From assembly GCF_044324785.1 (NCBI RefSeq), contig NZ_CP172127.1: DNA of 64,000 nt; one strand, written 5' to 3'. The notes beneath the pieces were generated by a model. It was given only the letters and a program-made list of their open reading frames with translations, was not told where the DNA came from and did no database searches. How positions within the stretch are numbered: position 1 is the stretch's first letter; the number at the start of each line of letters is the position of its first letter. Shown here piece after piece: positions 51,899 to 64,000 of this stretch. The DNA is from Escherichia coli. Its GTDB lineage: Bacteria > Pseudomonadota > Gammaproteobacteria > Enterobacterales > Enterobacteriaceae. Position numbers and translations under genes: made by a program.

Positions 51899-53404
51899 TT
51901 ACTCCTGATTCACGCGATTAAGCTTGCCCACAGCGGCAGCCATTAACACTTCCTGGGTGGCCTGCTCACGAGTAAATTCCCCGCTGAGATGCCCTTCATG
52001 CATGACGATGATGCGATCGCTCATGCCTAATACTTCTGGCATCTCCGATGACACCAGAATGATGCTCAAGCCATCGGCTTTGAACTGGTTAATCAGTTGA
52101 TAGATCTCTTTTTTCGCGCCGACATCTACGCCACGGGTAGGCTCATCGAGGATCAACACTTTAGGGCGTGTCATTAGACCACGGGCAATCGCCACTTTTT
52201 GCTGATTGCCACCGGAAAGCAGACCAATTGCCTGTTCCATCGACGGCGTTTTCACATTAAACAGACGAATGAAATCACTCACTGCCTGCTGTTCATCGGC
52301 ATGCTTCAAACTGCCGCCAGTACGGCTAAAGTAACGCAGCGCAGTCAGCGACATATTCTCTTTTACTGACATGCCCAGCACTAAACCGTCACGTTTACGG
52401 TCTTCAGAGATATACACAATGCCGTTTGCCAGGCCATCCTGCGGTGAACGGGTAACGACTTCATGCCCATCCAGGGTGACGTAACCACTGGTGCGCGGCA
52501 GTGCGCCGTAGAGCACTTTCATCAGTTCGGTACGACCTGCGCCCATCAAACCAGAGACGCCAAGAATTTCGCCTTTGCGTAAAGTAAAAGAGACATCGTT
52601 AACGCCAGGTCCGCAGAGATTATCGACTTTCAGGCGAATATCTCCCGGCGCTTTGTCCAGGTGTGGATATTGATCTTCCAGCTTGCGGCCCACCATCATC
52701 TCAATCAGCGAATCTTCGGTCAGTGATGCTACTTCACGCTCAGCAATAAATTGCCCGTCACGAAAAACGGTAACGTCATCGCAAATCTCGAAGATTTCTT
52801 TCATGCGGTGGGAAATATAGACAATACCGCGGCCTTGCGATTTCAGCTCGCGGATGACGCGGAACAAGGATTCGGTTTCGGTATCGGTCAGCGCATCGGT
52901 CGGTTCATCCATAATGATGACTTTCGACTCAAAGCTCAGCACTTTGGCTATTTCAACCATTTGCTGGTCACCGATGGAAAGATCGCCCACCAGCTTGTCG
53001 CTTTTAAAGCGCAGGTTAAGTTTAGCCAGCAATTTATCCGCTTCGGCATACATGGTTTTCCAGTCAATTTTGCCAAAGCGATTAACAAACTCACGACCGA
53101 GGAAAATGTTTTCGGCAATGGTCAACTGCGGGATCAGGTTCAGTTCCTGATGGATAATCCCAATCCCGGCTTCCTGGGAAGATTTCGGCCCGGTAAACGT
53201 CGTTTCTTTCCCCAGCCATAAAAGCGTACCGGCATCGCGAGTATAGATACCCGTAAGCACTTTCATCATGGTGGATTTACCCGCACCGTTTTCGCCCACC
53301 AGCGCCATCACACGGCCCGGATAGACATTTAACGCTGCGCCCGAGAGGGCTTTTACGCCCGGGAAGGCTTTATCGATGCCTTTAAGCTGAAGTAATGCTT
53401 CCAT
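51899..53404 (-). CDS. rbsA: Ribose ABC transporter ATP-binding protein with duplicated ABC domains, 501 aa
   Basis: Two Walker A motifs (GENGAGKST and a second copy) in a 501 aa ORF. Confidence 0.93.
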   Translation of the reverse strand: MEALLQLKGIDKAFPGVKALSGAALNVYPGRVMALVGENGAGKSTMMKVLTGIYTRDAGTLLWLGKETTFTGPKSSQEAGIGIIHQELNLIPQLTIAENIFLGREFVNRFGKIDWKTMYAEADKLLAKLNLRFKSDKLVGDLSIGDQQMVEIAKVLSFESKVIIMDEPTDALTDTETESLFRVIRELKSQGRGIVYISHRMKEIFEICDDVTVFRDGQFIAEREVASLTEDSLIEMMVGRKLEDQYPHLDKAPGDIRLKVDNLCGPGVNDVSFTLRKGEILGVSGLMGAGRTELMKVLYGALPRTSGYVTLDGHEVVTRSPQDGLANGIVYISEDRKRDGLVLGMSVKENMSLTALRYFSRTGGSLKHADEQQAVSDFIRLFNVKTPSMEQAIGLLSGGNQQKVAIARGLMTRPKVLILDEPTRGVDVGAKKEIYQLINQFKADGLSIILVSSEMPEVLGMSDRIIVMHEGHLSGEFTREQATQEVLMAAAVGKLNRVNQE

Positions 53405-53411
53405 GACGGCC

Positions 53412-53831
53412 TCAGAACGTCACGCCAGCACAGAGAATGATATTCGCATACGGAGAACATTCTCCGCTGCGAATTACCGCCTGACTTTCTGCGGTTTGTT
53501 GTTTGAATTGTTCATGCGTGGTGTAACGAATTTCAATGGTATTTCCCTGGTGTTGTTGCAGCTGCTCAAGGTGAGTGAGCAACGTTTCGTGGAGATGCGG
53601 ATTATGTTGTTTGATCTCTTCCGCGATAATGGCCGCCTCGACCTGCATTTCATTTGTGACGACGCCCAGCACCTGCATAAAAGAAGGTACACCCTGGGTT
53701 AATGCCATATCGATACGCGTTGTACTTTTGGGGATGGGTAAACCAGCATCACACACCACCAGCGTATCGGTATGTCCCAGACGGGAGATCACCGATGAAA
53801 TATCAGAATTAAGAACGGTGCCTTTTTTCAT
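53412..53831 (-). CDS. rbsD: D-ribose pyranase, 139 aa
   Basis: Start at [22 protein letters not shown]...; the ORF track adds 4 codons. Confidence 0.9.
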   Translation of the reverse strand: MKKGTVLNSDISSVISRLGHTDTLVVCDAGLPIPKSTTRIDMALTQGVPSFMQVLGVVTNEMQVEAAIIAEEIKQHNPHLHETLLTHLEQLQQHQGNTIEIRYTTHEQFKQQTAESQAVIRSGECSPYANIILCAGVTF

Positions 53832-53842
53832 TTTTTTCTCCA

Positions 53843-53862
53843 TCAGCGAAACGTTTCGCTGA
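53843..53862. promoter_or_regulatory. Perfect 20-bp palindrome, candidate RbsR operator
   Basis: TCAGCGAAACGTTTCGCTGA is exactly self-complementary and lies 12 bp upstream of the rbsD start. Confidence 0.65.
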
Positions 53863-53955
53863 CCCGCAGTTTAATCCTGACTGAGTAGGGAAAACCATCG
53901 TGACGTTACGGAAATGTGATCAACCTCGAAACGTTTTACATGGTGATTAACCATG

Positions 53956-53991
53956 AAAACAAAAACGCCCCCTTATGGAGAAAGGAGGCGT
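53956..53991 (-). terminator. Candidate intrinsic terminator after kup
   Basis: Imperfect ACGCCTCC / GGGGGCGT stem followed on the minus strand by UUUUGUUUU. Confidence 0.4.
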
Positions 53992-53997
53992 CTGGCG

Positions 53998-55866
53998 TTA
54001 GATTTCGACCTGAGTACCCAGTTCGATAACCCTGTTTGGCGGGATTTCAAATTGATCCGGCGCACGCAGCGCATTACGTTGCAGCAGCAAGTACAGCTTG
54101 CCGCGCAGACGCAAATACCACGGGCGTTTGCCGAGGATCAACGACTCATGCGACATAAAGAAAGAGGTTTCCATCATCCGGCAACTTAATCCTTCCAGAC
54201 CGCAGCGGTGGAAAACTTCTTCCACGTTTGGCGTTTCTCGCCAACCATAACTTGCCACCACGCGCCAGAAAGTGGGCGACAGTTGTTCAATCTGTACCCG
54301 ACGGACGTTATGGACATAAGGCGCGTCTTCGGTGCGCAGAGTTAACAGAATCACCCGCTCATGCAATACCTTGTTATGTTTAAGGTTATGCATCAGCGCA
54401 AAGGGAATGACGTTGATTGCACGTGACATATACACCGCGGTCCCGGGCACGCGAACGGGCGGTGATTTCTCCAGCGAAGCAATCATCGCCTCCAGAGAGT
54501 TACCATGTTCATGCATCCGCCGCAGCAAACGGAAACGTTCGCTCTTCCAGGTGGTCATCACGATAAACATCACCGTACCGAGGCTCAATGGCAACCAGCC
54601 GCCGGAGAGCAGTTTATCGAGGTTAGCGGTGAACAATGGAATATCGACACAAAGGAAAGCAATCAGGATCAGCGCAACAAAATACTTATTCCAGTGCCAG
54701 TTCTGACGTGCCACGGTAGTCGAGAGAATAGACGTCAGCACCATGGTTCCGGTCACCGCAATCCCATACGCCGCCGCCAGGTTGCTGGAGTGCTCAAAGC
54801 TGACAATCACAATCACGACCGCGACATAGAGCATCCAGTTCACAAACGGAATATAGATTTGCCCTGACTCCATTTCGGAGGTGTGAATAATGCGCATCGG
54901 CGACAAATATCCCAGACGTACCGCCTGACGCGTCAATGAGAAGACGCCAGAGATAACCGCCTGCGAGGCAATTACCGTCGCCAGTGCGGCGATGATCAGC
55001 AGCGGGATCAGCGCCCAGTCCGGTGCCAACAGGAAGAACGGGTTCTTAATTGCTTCCGGGTTCTTTAACAACAGAGCGCCCTGACCGAAGTAATTAAGAG
55101 TTAAGGAAGGTAATACGACGGTGAACCACGCCAGGCGAATAGGGAACTTACCAAAGTGCCCCATATCAGCATACAGCGCCTCGACCCCCGTAATCGACAG
55201 CACCACTGCCCCTAATGCAATAAAAGAAACCGTTTTGTATTCAAGGAAGAAATGCACCGCCCACATCGGATTCAGCGCATGCAGCACTTCCGGGTTAGCA
55301 ATAATGCTACGTAACCCCAGTCCTGCCAGAATCAAAAACCAGGTCAGCATGATCGGCGCAAACAGCTTACCGACCATAGCCGTGCCATGTTTTTGAATCA
55401 TAAATAATAAAGTGAGAACGATAATTGAGAGGGGAACTATCCAGGTATCCAGCTGCGGGGCGACGATTTCCAGACCTTCAATGGCTGACATCACCGAAAT
55501 AGCGGGTGTTATGACGACTTCACCATAGAAAAAGCTGCCGCCGATTAGCCCCATAATCACCAGCATTGATGTGGTTCGCGCCGACGTATTACGCCCGGCA
55601 AGCGACATCAACGTCAGGATCCCCCCTTCACCGGCGTTATCTGCCCGCATCACGAAGGTGAGATATTTAATGGAAACCACAAAGATTAGCAGCCAGAAGA
55701 TCAGCGATAAAAAGCCAAACACGGCATCGCGTTCAACGCCAAAACCAAACTGGCCGGACAAACATTCACGAAGTGTATATAACGGGCTGGTACCAATATC
55801 GCCGTAGACAACTCCAATCGCCGCGAGGGTAATCGCGGGCAATGATTGCTTATTATCAGTGCTCAT
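53998..55866 (-). CDS. kup: Low-affinity potassium uptake protein Kup (TrkD), 622 aa
   Basis: 622 aa ORF with a 12-TMS N-terminal domain and cytoplasmic C-terminal domain. Confidence 0.93.
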
Positions 55867-56088
55867 AGACTAGTCTTTCGTTGAAATATGAAATGTGTGC
55901 TTAGTCCCTTGGCCCACAAAAAAGCGCACAGTATGCACGATTAACGGCAAAATCGTACTCCTAAATGCGGCCACATTAACCTGGCTCAAAGAAAAACCCC
56001 CCCCCTTTGAGACTATTTTAGCCACCAGCAAGAAACGTCTATACTCGCAATTTACGCAGAAATTTTGACGAAAGGACGCCACTTCATT

Positions 56089-57585
56089 ATGGCTCACCCT
56101 CATTTATTAGCGGAAAGAATTTCCCGCCTGAGCAGTTCGTTGGAAAAGGGGCTTTATGAACGTAGCCACGCCATCCGCTTGTGTTTATTAGCGGCATTAA
56201 GTGGTGAAAGTGTGTTCCTCCTTGGCCCGCCAGGCATTGCCAAAAGTTTGATCGCCCGGCGCTTAAAATTCGCCTTTCAGAATGCCCGCGCGTTTGAATA
56301 TCTGATGACCCGCTTCTCCACGCCGGAAGAAGTTTTTGGTCCCCTTTCTATTCAGGCGCTAAAAGATGAAGGGCGCTATGAACGTTTAACCAGCGGTTAC
56401 CTGCCGGAAGCAGAAATCGTCTTTCTGGATGAGATCTGGAAAGCGGGCCCGGCAATTCTTAATACCCTGCTCACCGCCATTAACGAGCGCCAGTTCCGCA
56501 ACGGTGCACACGTAGAAAAAATCCCGATGCGTCTGCTGGTGGCGGCCTCCAACGAGCTGCCGGAAGCAGACAGCAGTCTGGAAGCGTTATATGACCGCAT
56601 GCTGATTCGTCTGTGGTTAGATAAAGTGCAGGATAAAGCGAATTTCCGCTCCATGCTGACCAGTCAACAGGATGAAAACGACAATCCGGTTCCTGCCTCC
56701 TTGCAGGTCACAGATGAAGAATATGAACGCTGGCAGAAAGAGATTGGTGAAATTACGCTGCCCGATCATGTATTTGAGCTGATTTTTATGCTGCGCCAGC
56801 AACTGGATAAATTACCGGATGCGCCTTATGTCTCGGATCGTCGCTGGAAAAAAGCGATTCGATTATTGCAGGCCAGCGCCTTTTTTAGCGGTCGCAGTGC
56901 TGTTGCCCCGGTTGATCTCATTTTGCTGAAAGATTGCCTGTGGTATGACGCGCAAAGCCTGAATTTGATACAACAACAAATTGATGTATTGATGACCGGT
57001 CATGCCTGGCAACAGCAAGGGATGTTGACCCGCCTGGGCGCGATTGTGCAACGTCACCTGCAACTACAGCAGCAACAAAGCGATAAAACAGCCTTAACGG
57101 TAATTCGTCTGGGCGGCATTTTCAGCCGTCGTCAGCAGTATCAACTTCCTGTTAACGTTACTGCTTCCACTCTGACTCTGCTGCTGCAAAAACCGTTAAA
57201 ATTGCATGATATGGAAGTGGTTCATATCTCCTTTGAGCGTAACGCGCTGGAACAGTGGCTGAGTAAAGGTGGTGAAATTCGCGGCAAACTAAACGGTATC
57301 GGCTTTGCCCAGAAACTGAATCTGGAAGTTGATAGCGCCCAACATCTTGTCGTACGCGATGTAAGTTTACAAGGCAGTACGCTGGCACTTCCCGGTTCAT
57401 CGGCTGAAGGTTTGCCAGGTGAAATAAAACAACAACTGGAAGAGCTTGAAAGCGACTGGCGCAAGCAACACGCTTTATTCAGCGAACAGCAAAAATGTCT
57501 GTTTATCCCTGGCGACTGGTTAGGTCGCATTGAAGCCAGCCTACAGGATGTCGGCGCACAGATTCGCCAGGCACAACAATGCTAA
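56089..57585 (+). CDS. ravA: MoxR-family AAA+ ATPase RavA, 498 aa
   Basis: Start at [14 protein letters not shown]...; Walker A GPPGIAKS; the ORF track adds 8 codons. Confidence 0.9.
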   Translation: MAHPHLLAERISRLSSSLEKGLYERSHAIRLCLLAALSGESVFLLGPPGIAKSLIARRLKFAFQNARAFEYLMTRFSTPEEVFGPLSIQALKDEGRYERLTSGYLPEAEIVFLDEIWKAGPAILNTLLTAINERQFRNGAHVEKIPMRLLVAASNELPEADSSLEALYDRMLIRLWLDKVQDKANFRSMLTSQQDENDNPVPASLQVTDEEYERWQKEIGEITLPDHVFELIFMLRQQLDKLPDAPYVSDRRWKKAIRLLQASAFFSGRSAVAPVDLILLKDCLWYDAQSLNLIQQQIDVLMTGHAWQQQGMLTRLGAIVQRHLQLQQQQSDKTALTVIRLGGIFSRRQQYQLPVNVTASTLTLLLQKPLKLHDMEVVHISFERNALEQWLSKGGEIRGKLNGIGFAQKLNLEVDSAQHLVVRDVSLQGSTLALPGSSAEGLPGEIKQQLEELESDWRKQHALFSEQQKCLFIPGDWLGRIEASLQDVGAQIRQAQQC

Positions 57586-59030
57586 CGCTGGATACGCTTA
57601 ATGTGATGCTGGCCGTCAGCGAAGAGGGATTGATCGAAGAGATGATCATCGCGCTGCTGGCCTCACCGCAGCTGGCAGTCTTCTTTGAAAAATTCCCACG
57701 ACTGAAGGCGGCAATCACTGATGATGTTCCCCGCTGGCGTGAGGCGCTGCGCAGTCGGCTGAAAGATGCCCGAGTCCCGCCGGAACTCACCGAAGAGGTG
57801 ATGTGCTATCAGCAAAGCCAGCTCCTCTCCACGCCGCAGTTTATTGTGCAGCTACCACAGATCCTGGACTTACTGCATCGTCTGAATTCTCCATGGGCAG
57901 AACAAGCCCGACAGTTGGTTGATGCTAACAGCACGATCACTTCAGCGTTACACACGCTTTTTCTCCAGCGTTGGCGTTTAAGTCTGATCGTGCAAGCAAC
58001 GACGTTAAATCAACAGCTATTAGAAGAAGAACGCGAACAACTGTTGAGTGAAGTTCAGGAACGCATGACGCTGAGCGGACAACTTGAACCGATTCTCGCA
58101 GATAACAATACCGCAGCTGGTCGTCTGTGGGATATGAGCGCCGGTCAGCTTAAACGCGGCGACTATCAGTTGATTGTGAAATACGGTGAATTTCTTAACG
58201 AACAGCCGGAACTGAAACGCCTGGCAGAACAGTTGGGGCGTTCCCGGGAAGCCAAATCAATACCGCGCAACGATGCGCAGATGGAAACCTTCCGCACCAT
58301 GGTGCGCGAACCGGCGACGGTTCCTGAGCAGGTTGATGGTCTGCAACAAAGCGATGATATTTTACGTCTCCTGCCGCCAGAACTGGCGACACTGGGGATA
58401 ACGGAACTGGAGTATGAGTTTTACCGTCGGCTGGTGGAAAAACAGTTGCTCACCTATCGCCTGCACGGTGAGTCGTGGCGTGAAAAAGTGATCGAACGCC
58501 CGGTGGTGCATAAAGATTACGACGAACAGCCGCGCGGACCGTTTATTGTCTGCGTGGATACTTCCGGCTCAATGGGCGGCTTTAATGAACAGTGTGCGAA
58601 AGCGTTCTGCCTGGCCTTGATGCGCATTGCTCTCGCTGAAAACCGGCGCTGCTATATTATGTTATTTTCCACCGAGATCGTCCGTTATAAGCTTTCAGGC
58701 CCACAAGGTATTGAGCAAGCGATCCGCTTTTTAAGTCAGCAGTTTCGTGGCGGCACCGATCTTGCCAGTTGTTTTCGCGCCATTATGGAACGCTTGCAAA
58801 GCCGGGAATGGTTTGATGCCGATGCGGTGGTGATTTCTGATTTTATCGCCCAGCGGTTGCCTGACGACGTGACGAGTAAAGTGAAAGAGCTACAGCGGGT
58901 ACATCAGCATCGCTTTCATGCCGTGGCGATGTCTGCACATGGCAAACCCGGCATCATGCGCATTTTCGATCATATCTGGCGCTTTGATACCGGGATGCGA
59001 AGCCGCCTGCTCAGACGCTGGCGGCGATAA
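57579..59030 (+). CDS. viaA: von Willebrand factor A-domain protein ViaA, 483 aa
   Basis: 483 aa ORF overlapping the ravA 3' end by 7 nt; C-terminal VWA domain (DTSGSM). Confidence 0.92.
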   Translation: MLTLDTLNVMLAVSEEGLIEEMIIALLASPQLAVFFEKFPRLKAAITDDVPRWREALRSRLKDARVPPELTEEVMCYQQSQLLSTPQFIVQLPQILDLLHRLNSPWAEQARQLVDANSTITSALHTLFLQRWRLSLIVQATTLNQQLLEEEREQLLSEVQERMTLSGQLEPILADNNTAAGRLWDMSAGQLKRGDYQLIVKYGEFLNEQPELKRLAEQLGRSREAKSIPRNDAQMETFRTMVREPATVPEQVDGLQQSDDILRLLPPELATLGITELEYEFYRRLVEKQLLTYRLHGESWREKVIERPVVHKDYDEQPRGPFIVCVDTSGSMGGFNEQCAKAFCLALMRIALAENRRCYIMLFSTEIVRYKLSGPQGIEQAIRFLSQQFRGGTDLASCFRAIMERLQSREWFDADAVVISDFIAQRLPDDVTSKVKELQRVHQHRFHAVAMSAHGKPGIMRIFDHIWRFDTGMRSRLLRRWRR

Positions 59031-59034
59031 ATTA

Positions 59035-60027
59035 TTACAGCAGAGAAGGGACGCTCTCGCGAACAGCTGCCGGCCATACACCACACTGAACCTGGCCGAT
59101 ATGTGGCAGTTGCAGCAGCAGCATGGTCAAACGAGACTGCCCGATACCGCCGCCGATGGTCTGCGGCATTTCACCGCGCAGCAGCGCCTGATGCCACTCC
59201 AGCTCCAGGCGATCTTCGTCACCGGTCAGCGCCAGCTGATGCTTCAGCGTGTCGGCATCCACGCGGATCCCCATGGAAGAAAGCTCAAACGCATCTTCCA
59301 GTACCGGGTTCCATACCAGAATATCGCCGTTCAGACCCGCATGGCCCAGCTCTGACGGGGTGCTCCAGTCATCATAATCCGGTGCGCGCACGTCGTGACG
59401 ATGACCATCACTCAACTTGCCGCCAATCCCGACGAGGAATACCGCGCCAAGATCTTTCGCAATCGCCCGCTCACGCCCTTTGGCATCGAGATCCGGATAA
59501 CGAGACAGTAACTCCTGGCTGTGTACGAAGTGGATCTGATCCGGCAGGAACGGTGCCAGGCCAAACTCTTCGCTAACCGCAGCTTCGGTTGCTTTAATTC
59601 CCGCCCAGATCGCCTCTACCGTGCTTTTCAGAGTCGAGAATTGACGCTCACCGTCGCCCATTACGCGTTCCCAGTCCCACTGGTCAACATAGACCGAGTG
59701 CAACGGAGAAAGACGGTCTTCATCGGGGCGAAGGGCTTTCATGTGCGTGTACAGCCCTTCGCCCGCGCTGAAGTCGTGTTGCCCTAAGGTCTGACGTTTC
59801 CACTTCGCCAGTGAATGAACCACTTCGAACTGGGCATCAGGCAGAGCTTTCACTTTTACCTGTACCGCTTTTTCACAGCCCGACAAGTTATCCTGCGTGC
59901 CATCCCCCACACGGCTAAGAATCGGCGCCTGGACTTCGATCAGCCCCAGACGTTCTTCCAGTTGACGAGAAAAGTGAGATTTCACGAAGCTAATTTGGCG
60001 TTGTTTGGCAATGTAAGCGGTTTTCAT
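59035..60027 (-). CDS. asnA: Aspartate-ammonia ligase (asparagine synthetase A), 330 aa
   Basis: 330 aa [22 protein letters not shown]... Confidence 0.95.
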
Positions 60028-60178
60028 TTTTTATACTCCTGCGTCCTGTTGCTTATGATTAAGCAACAAAAACCGACACACATGCAATAATCATTCAATA
60101 AAAAGCCTAACTCATTTTTGATTCATTAAAAAAGAAGGCTAAAATAGAATGAATCATCAATCCGCATAAGAAAATCCT

Positions 60179-60637
60179 ATGGAAAATTATCTGATCGACA
60201 ATCTGGACCGTGGCATCCTGGAAGCATTAATGGGCAATGCGCGCACCGCTTACGCCGAACTGGCGAAACAATTTGGCGTCAGTCCGGGGACAATTCACGT
60301 TCGAGTAGAGAAAATGAAGCAGGCGGGGATCATTACCGGGGCGCGTATTGATGTCAGCCCGAAGCAGCTCGGTTATGACGTAGGCTGCTTTATCGGCATT
60401 ATATTAAAGAGCGCCAAAGACTATCCTTCCGCGCTGGCAAAGCTGGAAAGCCTCGATGAAGTCACTGAAGCCTATTACACAACTGGCCACTACAGCATCT
60501 TTATCAAAGTGATGTGCCGTTCGATCGATGCTCTCCAGCATGTACTTATCAACAAGATCCAAACAATTGATGAAATTCAGTCCACCGAGACACTGATCGT
60601 CCTGCAGAACCCGATCATGCGTACCATTAAGCCCTGA
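60179..60637 (+). CDS. asnC: Lrp/AsnC-family regulator AsnC, 152 aa
   Basis: 152 aa ORF, divergent from asnA. Confidence 0.95.
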   Translation: MENYLIDNLDRGILEALMGNARTAYAELAKQFGVSPGTIHVRVEKMKQAGIITGARIDVSPKQLGYDVGCFIGIILKSAKDYPSALAKLESLDEVTEAYYTTGHYSIFIKVMCRSIDALQHVLINKIQTIDEIQSTETLIVLQNPIMRTIKP

Positions 60638-60658
60638 TCGGCTTTTTTAATCCCATAC

Positions 60659-60667
60659 TTTTCCACA
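60659..60667. promoter_or_regulatory. DnaA-box-like 9-mer in the mioC promoter region
   Basis: TTTTCCACA matches TTWTNCACA; a TACAAT -10 candidate lies at 60703-60708. Confidence 0.5.
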
Positions 60668-60726
60668 GGTAGATCCCAACGCGTTCACAGCGTACAATAC
60701 GCCACTCTTAATAAAGGTGGCGGTTT

Positions 60727-61170
60727 ATGGCAGATATCACTCTTATCAGCGGCAGCACCCTCGGCGGTGCCGAATATGTGGCAGAACACCTGGCTGAAAA
60801 GCTGGAAGAGGCGGGTTTTACCACCGAAACGCTGCACGGTCCGCTGTTGGAAGATTTATCTGCCTCGGGGATCTGGCTGGTTATCAGCTCAACCCACGGT
60901 GCCGGAGATATTCCGGATAACCTTTCTCCTTTCTATGAAGCATTGCAGGAACAGAAGCCCGATCTTTCTGCGGTCCGCTTTGGCGCTATCGGTATTGGCA
61001 GTCGTGAATATGACACCTTTTGTGGGGCTATCGATAAACTCGAGGCTGAACTCAAAAATTCCGGTGCAAAACAGACAGGCGAAACACTGAAGATCAACAT
61101 TCTTGATCACGACATTCCGGAAGATCCGGCAGAAGAATGGCTGGGATCGTGGATTAATTTACTCAAATAA
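60727..61170 (+). CDS. mioC: Flavodoxin-like FMN protein MioC, 147 aa
   Basis: 147 aa ORF immediately adjacent to oriC. Confidence 0.93.
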   Translation: MADITLISGSTLGGAEYVAEHLAEKLEEAGFTTETLHGPLLEDLSASGIWLVISSTHGAGDIPDNLSPFYEALQEQKPDLSAVRFGAIGIGSREYDTFCGAIDKLEAELKNSGAKQTGETLKINILDHDIPEDPAEEWLGSWINLLK

Positions 61171-61184
61171 GTATACAGATCGTG

Positions 61185-61462
61185 CGATCTACTGTGGATA
61201 ACTCTGTCAGGAAGCTTGGATCAACCGGTAGTTATCCAAAGAACAACCGTTGTTCAGTTTTTGAGTTGTGTATAACCCCTCATTCTGATCCCAGCTTATA
61301 CGGTCCAGGATCACCGATCATTCACAGTTAATGATCCTTTCCAGGTTGTTGATCTTAAAAGCCGGATCCTTGTTATCCACAGGGTAGTGCGATCCTAATA
61401 AGAGATCACAATAGAACAGATCTCTAAATAAATAGATCTTCTTTTTAATACCCAGGATCCCA
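61185..61462. other. oriC: Chromosomal replication origin oriC
   Basis: DnaA boxes at 61193-61201 (R4), 61232-61240 (R3-like TTATCCAAA), 61267-61275 (R2, TTATACACA) and 61373-61381 (R1); three AT-rich 13-mers at 61395-61438; about 15 GATC sites within roughly 320 bp. Confidence 0.92.
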
Positions 61463-61548
61463 GGTCTTTCTCAAGCCGACAAAGTTGAGTAGAATCCACG
61501 GCCCGGGCTTCAATCCATTTTCATACCGCGTTATGCGAGGCAATCACC

Positions 61549-63438
61549 ATGTTTTATCCGGATCCTTTTGACGTCATCATCATTGGCGGGGGTCATGCAG
61601 GCACCGAGGCCGCGATGGCCGCGGCGCGTATGGGTCAACAGACTCTGCTTTTGACACACAATATCGACACTCTGGGGCAGATGAGCTGCAACCCGGCGAT
61701 CGGCGGTATTGGGAAGGGACATCTGGTAAAAGAAGTGGATGCACTCGGCGGTCTGATGGCGAAAGCTATCGATCAGGCGGGTATCCAGTTTAGGATACTA
61801 AACGCAAGCAAGGGACCAGCGGTTCGCGCTACCCGTGCTCAGGCGGATCGTGTGCTCTACCGTCAGGCGGTACGTACGGCGCTGGAGAACCAACCGAACC
61901 TGATGATCTTCCAGCAGGCGGTTGAAGATCTTATTGTCGAAAACGATCGCGTGGTCGGTGCTGTTACCCAAATGGGACTGAAGTTCCGTGCCAAAGCCGT
62001 CGTGCTCACCGTTGGGACGTTCCTCGACGGTAAAATTCATATCGGTCTGGATAACTACAGCGGTGGCCGTGCTGGTGATCCGCCGTCCATTCCGCTTTCT
62101 CGCCGTTTGCGTGAACTGCCGCTGCGCGTTGGTCGTCTGAAAACCGGGACTCCGCCGCGTATTGATGCGCGTACTATCGACTTCAGCGTGCTGGCGCAAC
62201 AGCATGGCGATAACCCAATGCCGGTATTCTCGTTTATGGGTAATGCGTCCCAGCATCCACAGCAGGTGCCGTGTTATATCACCCATACCAACGAGAAAAC
62301 CCATGATGTGATCCGCAGTAACCTCGATCGTAGCCCAATGTATGCAGGGGTGATCGAAGGTGTCGGCCCACGCTACTGCCCGTCGATCGAAGACAAAGTC
62401 ATGCGCTTCGCCGACAGAAATCAGCATCAGATCTTCCTTGAACCGGAAGGGCTGACCTCAAACGAAATTTATCCGAACGGTATCTCCACCAGCCTGCCGT
62501 TCGATGTGCAGATGCAAATCGTCCGCTCCATGCAGGGGATGGAAAACGCGAAGATCGTGCGTCCGGGTTATGCCATTGAGTATGACTTCTTCGATCCACG
62601 CGACCTGAAACCGACGCTGGAGAGCAAGTTTATCCAGGGGCTGTTCTTTGCTGGTCAGATTAACGGCACTACCGGTTACGAAGAAGCCGCTGCGCAAGGT
62701 TTGCTGGCCGGTCTTAACGCTGCCCGTCTGTCTGCTGACAAAGAAGGTTGGGCTCCGGCGCGTTCTCAGGCCTATCTCGGCGTACTGGTTGATGACCTGT
62801 GCACTTTAGGAACCAAAGAACCGTATCGTATGTTTACCTCGCGCGCAGAATATCGTCTGATGCTGCGCGAAGATAACGCGGATCTGCGTTTGACTGAAAT
62901 CGGTCGTGAACTGGGTCTGGTAGATGACGAACGCTGGGCGCGCTTTAACGAGAAGCTTGAGAACATCGAGCGTGAGCGTCAGCGTCTGAAATCGACCTGG
63001 GTAACCCCGTCGGCGGAAGCTGTAGCCGAAGTGAATGCTCACCTGACTGCGCCGCTTTCCCGTGAAGCCAGTGGTGAAGATCTGCTGCGTCGTCCGGAAA
63101 TGACTTATGAAAAATTAACCACGCTGACGCCGTTTGCCCCTGCGTTGACAGACGAACAGGCGGCGGAACAGGTTGAGATTCAGGTTAAATACGAAGGTTA
63201 TATCGCGCGCCAGCAAGATGAGATCGAAAAGCAGCTGCGTAACGAGAACACCCTGCTACCAGCGACGCTGGATTACCGCCAGGTATCCGGTCTTTCTAAC
63301 GAAGTGATCGCCAAACTTAACGATCACAAACCGGCCTCTATCGGTCAGGCTTCGCGTATTTCTGGCGTCACGCCTGCGGCCATCTCCATTCTGCTGGTGT
63401 GGCTGAAAAAACAGGGTATGCTGCGTCGTAGCGCATAA
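61549..63438 (+). CDS. mnmG: tRNA uridine 5-carboxymethylaminomethyl modification enzyme MnmG (GidA), 629 aa
   Basis: N-terminal FAD-binding GGGHAG motif; 629 aa. Confidence 0.95.
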   Translation: MFYPDPFDVIIIGGGHAGTEAAMAAARMGQQTLLLTHNIDTLGQMSCNPAIGGIGKGHLVKEVDALGGLMAKAIDQAGIQFRILNASKGPAVRATRAQADRVLYRQAVRTALENQPNLMIFQQAVEDLIVENDRVVGAVTQMGLKFRAKAVVLTVGTFLDGKIHIGLDNYSGGRAGDPPSIPLSRRLRELPLRVGRLKTGTPPRIDARTIDFSVLAQQHGDNPMPVFSFMGNASQHPQQVPCYITHTNEKTHDVIRSNLDRSPMYAGVIEGVGPRYCPSIEDKVMRFADRNQHQIFLEPEGLTSNEIYPNGISTSLPFDVQMQIVRSMQGMENAKIVRPGYAIEYDFFDPRDLKPTLESKFIQGLFFAGQINGTTGYEEAAAQGLLAGLNAARLSADKEGWAPARSQAYLGVLVDDLCTLGTKEPYRMFTSRAEYRLMLREDNADLRLTEIGRELGLVDDERWARFNEKLENIERERQRLKSTWVTPSAEAVAEVNAHLTAPLSREASGEDLLRRPEMTYEKLTTLTPFAPALTDEQAAEQVEIQVKYEGYIARQQDEIEKQLRNENTLLPATLDYRQVSGLSNEVIAKLNDHKPASIGQASRISGVTPAAISILLVWLKKQGMLRRSA

Positions 63439-63501
63439 CGCATTAAAAATGCCTGGTAAACACCCGCTTACCGGGCAACGCATCAAGAACAGGTAATCAC
63501 C

Positions 63502-64000
63502 GTGCTCAACAAACTCACCTCTCTGCTGAAAGACGCAGGAATTTCGCTTACCGATCACCAGAAAAACCAGCTAATTGCTTACGTGAATATGCTGCATAAA
63601 TGGAATAAAGCGTACAACCTGACTTCGGTCCGCGATCCTAATGAGATGCTGGTACGCCATATTCTCGATAGCATTGTGGTGGCACCGTATCTGCAAGGTG
63701 AACGGTTTATCGATGTCGGCACCGGACCAGGACTGCCTGGCATTCCACTTTCTATCGTGCGTCCTGAAGCCCACTTCACGTTGTTGGATAGCCTTGGTAA
63801 ACGCGTGCGTTTCCTTCGTCAGGTGCAACATGAGCTTAAACTGGAGAATATTGAGCCAGTACAGAGCAGGGTAGAAGAGTTTCCTTCTGAGCCGCCATTT
63901 GATGGCGTAATTAGCCGCGCTTTTGCCTCTCTGAACGATATGGTGAGCTGGTGCCACCATCTTCCTGGTGAGCAAGGTCGTTTCTACGCGCTGAAAGGCC
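63502..64000 (+). CDS. rsmG: 16S rRNA m7G527 methyltransferase RsmG (GidB), 5' part, GTG start, continues past the window
   Basis: Open frame from GTG 63502 ([25 protein letters not shown]...); absent from the ORF track because of the non-ATG start. Confidence 0.85.
   Translation, partial: MLNKLTSLLKDAGISLTDHQKNQLIAYVNMLHKWNKAYNLTSVRDPNEMLVRHILDSIVVAPYLQGERFIDVGTGPGLPGIPLSIVRPEAHFTLLDSLGKRVRFLRQVQHELKLENIEPVQSRVEEFPSEPPFDGVISRAFASLNDMVSWCHHLPGEQGRFYALKG

Noticed and set aside
61798-62427. 209-aa minus-strand ORF inside mnmG
   Set aside because: Antisense shadow of mnmG.

Overview
This window is a contiguous stretch of Escherichia coli core chromosome running from the 3' end of hemX to the 5' end of rsmG (gidB), in reverse-complement orientation relative to the usual K-12 numbering. 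I found no novel or undescribed system. Gene order is hemX-hemY, glmZ sRNA, aslA/aslB, the argX-hisR-leuT-proM tRNA operon, yifK, the 12-gene enterobacterial common antigen (wec/rff) cluster, rho with its rhoL leader, trxA, rhlB, gppA, rep, ppiC, ilvC/ilvY, the ilvLXGMEDA operon, comM, maoP, hdfR, a complete rrnC operon (16S, tRNA-Glu, 23S, 5S, tRNA-Asp, tRNA-Trp), yieP, hsrA, rbsDACBKR, kup, ravA-viaA, asnA/asnC, mioC, oriC, mnmG and rsmG. There is no CRISPR array, IS element, prophage or accessory island. Gene names and reference protein lengths are recalled from memory, not from a database search; start codons were adjusted by hand where the six-frame ORF began upstream of the recalled N-terminus. 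The points worth a second look are strain-level and regulatory: an intact ilvG, a (PA)13 tandem repeat in hemX, a very short rep-ppiC spacer, and a few unexplained hairpins and a C9 tract.
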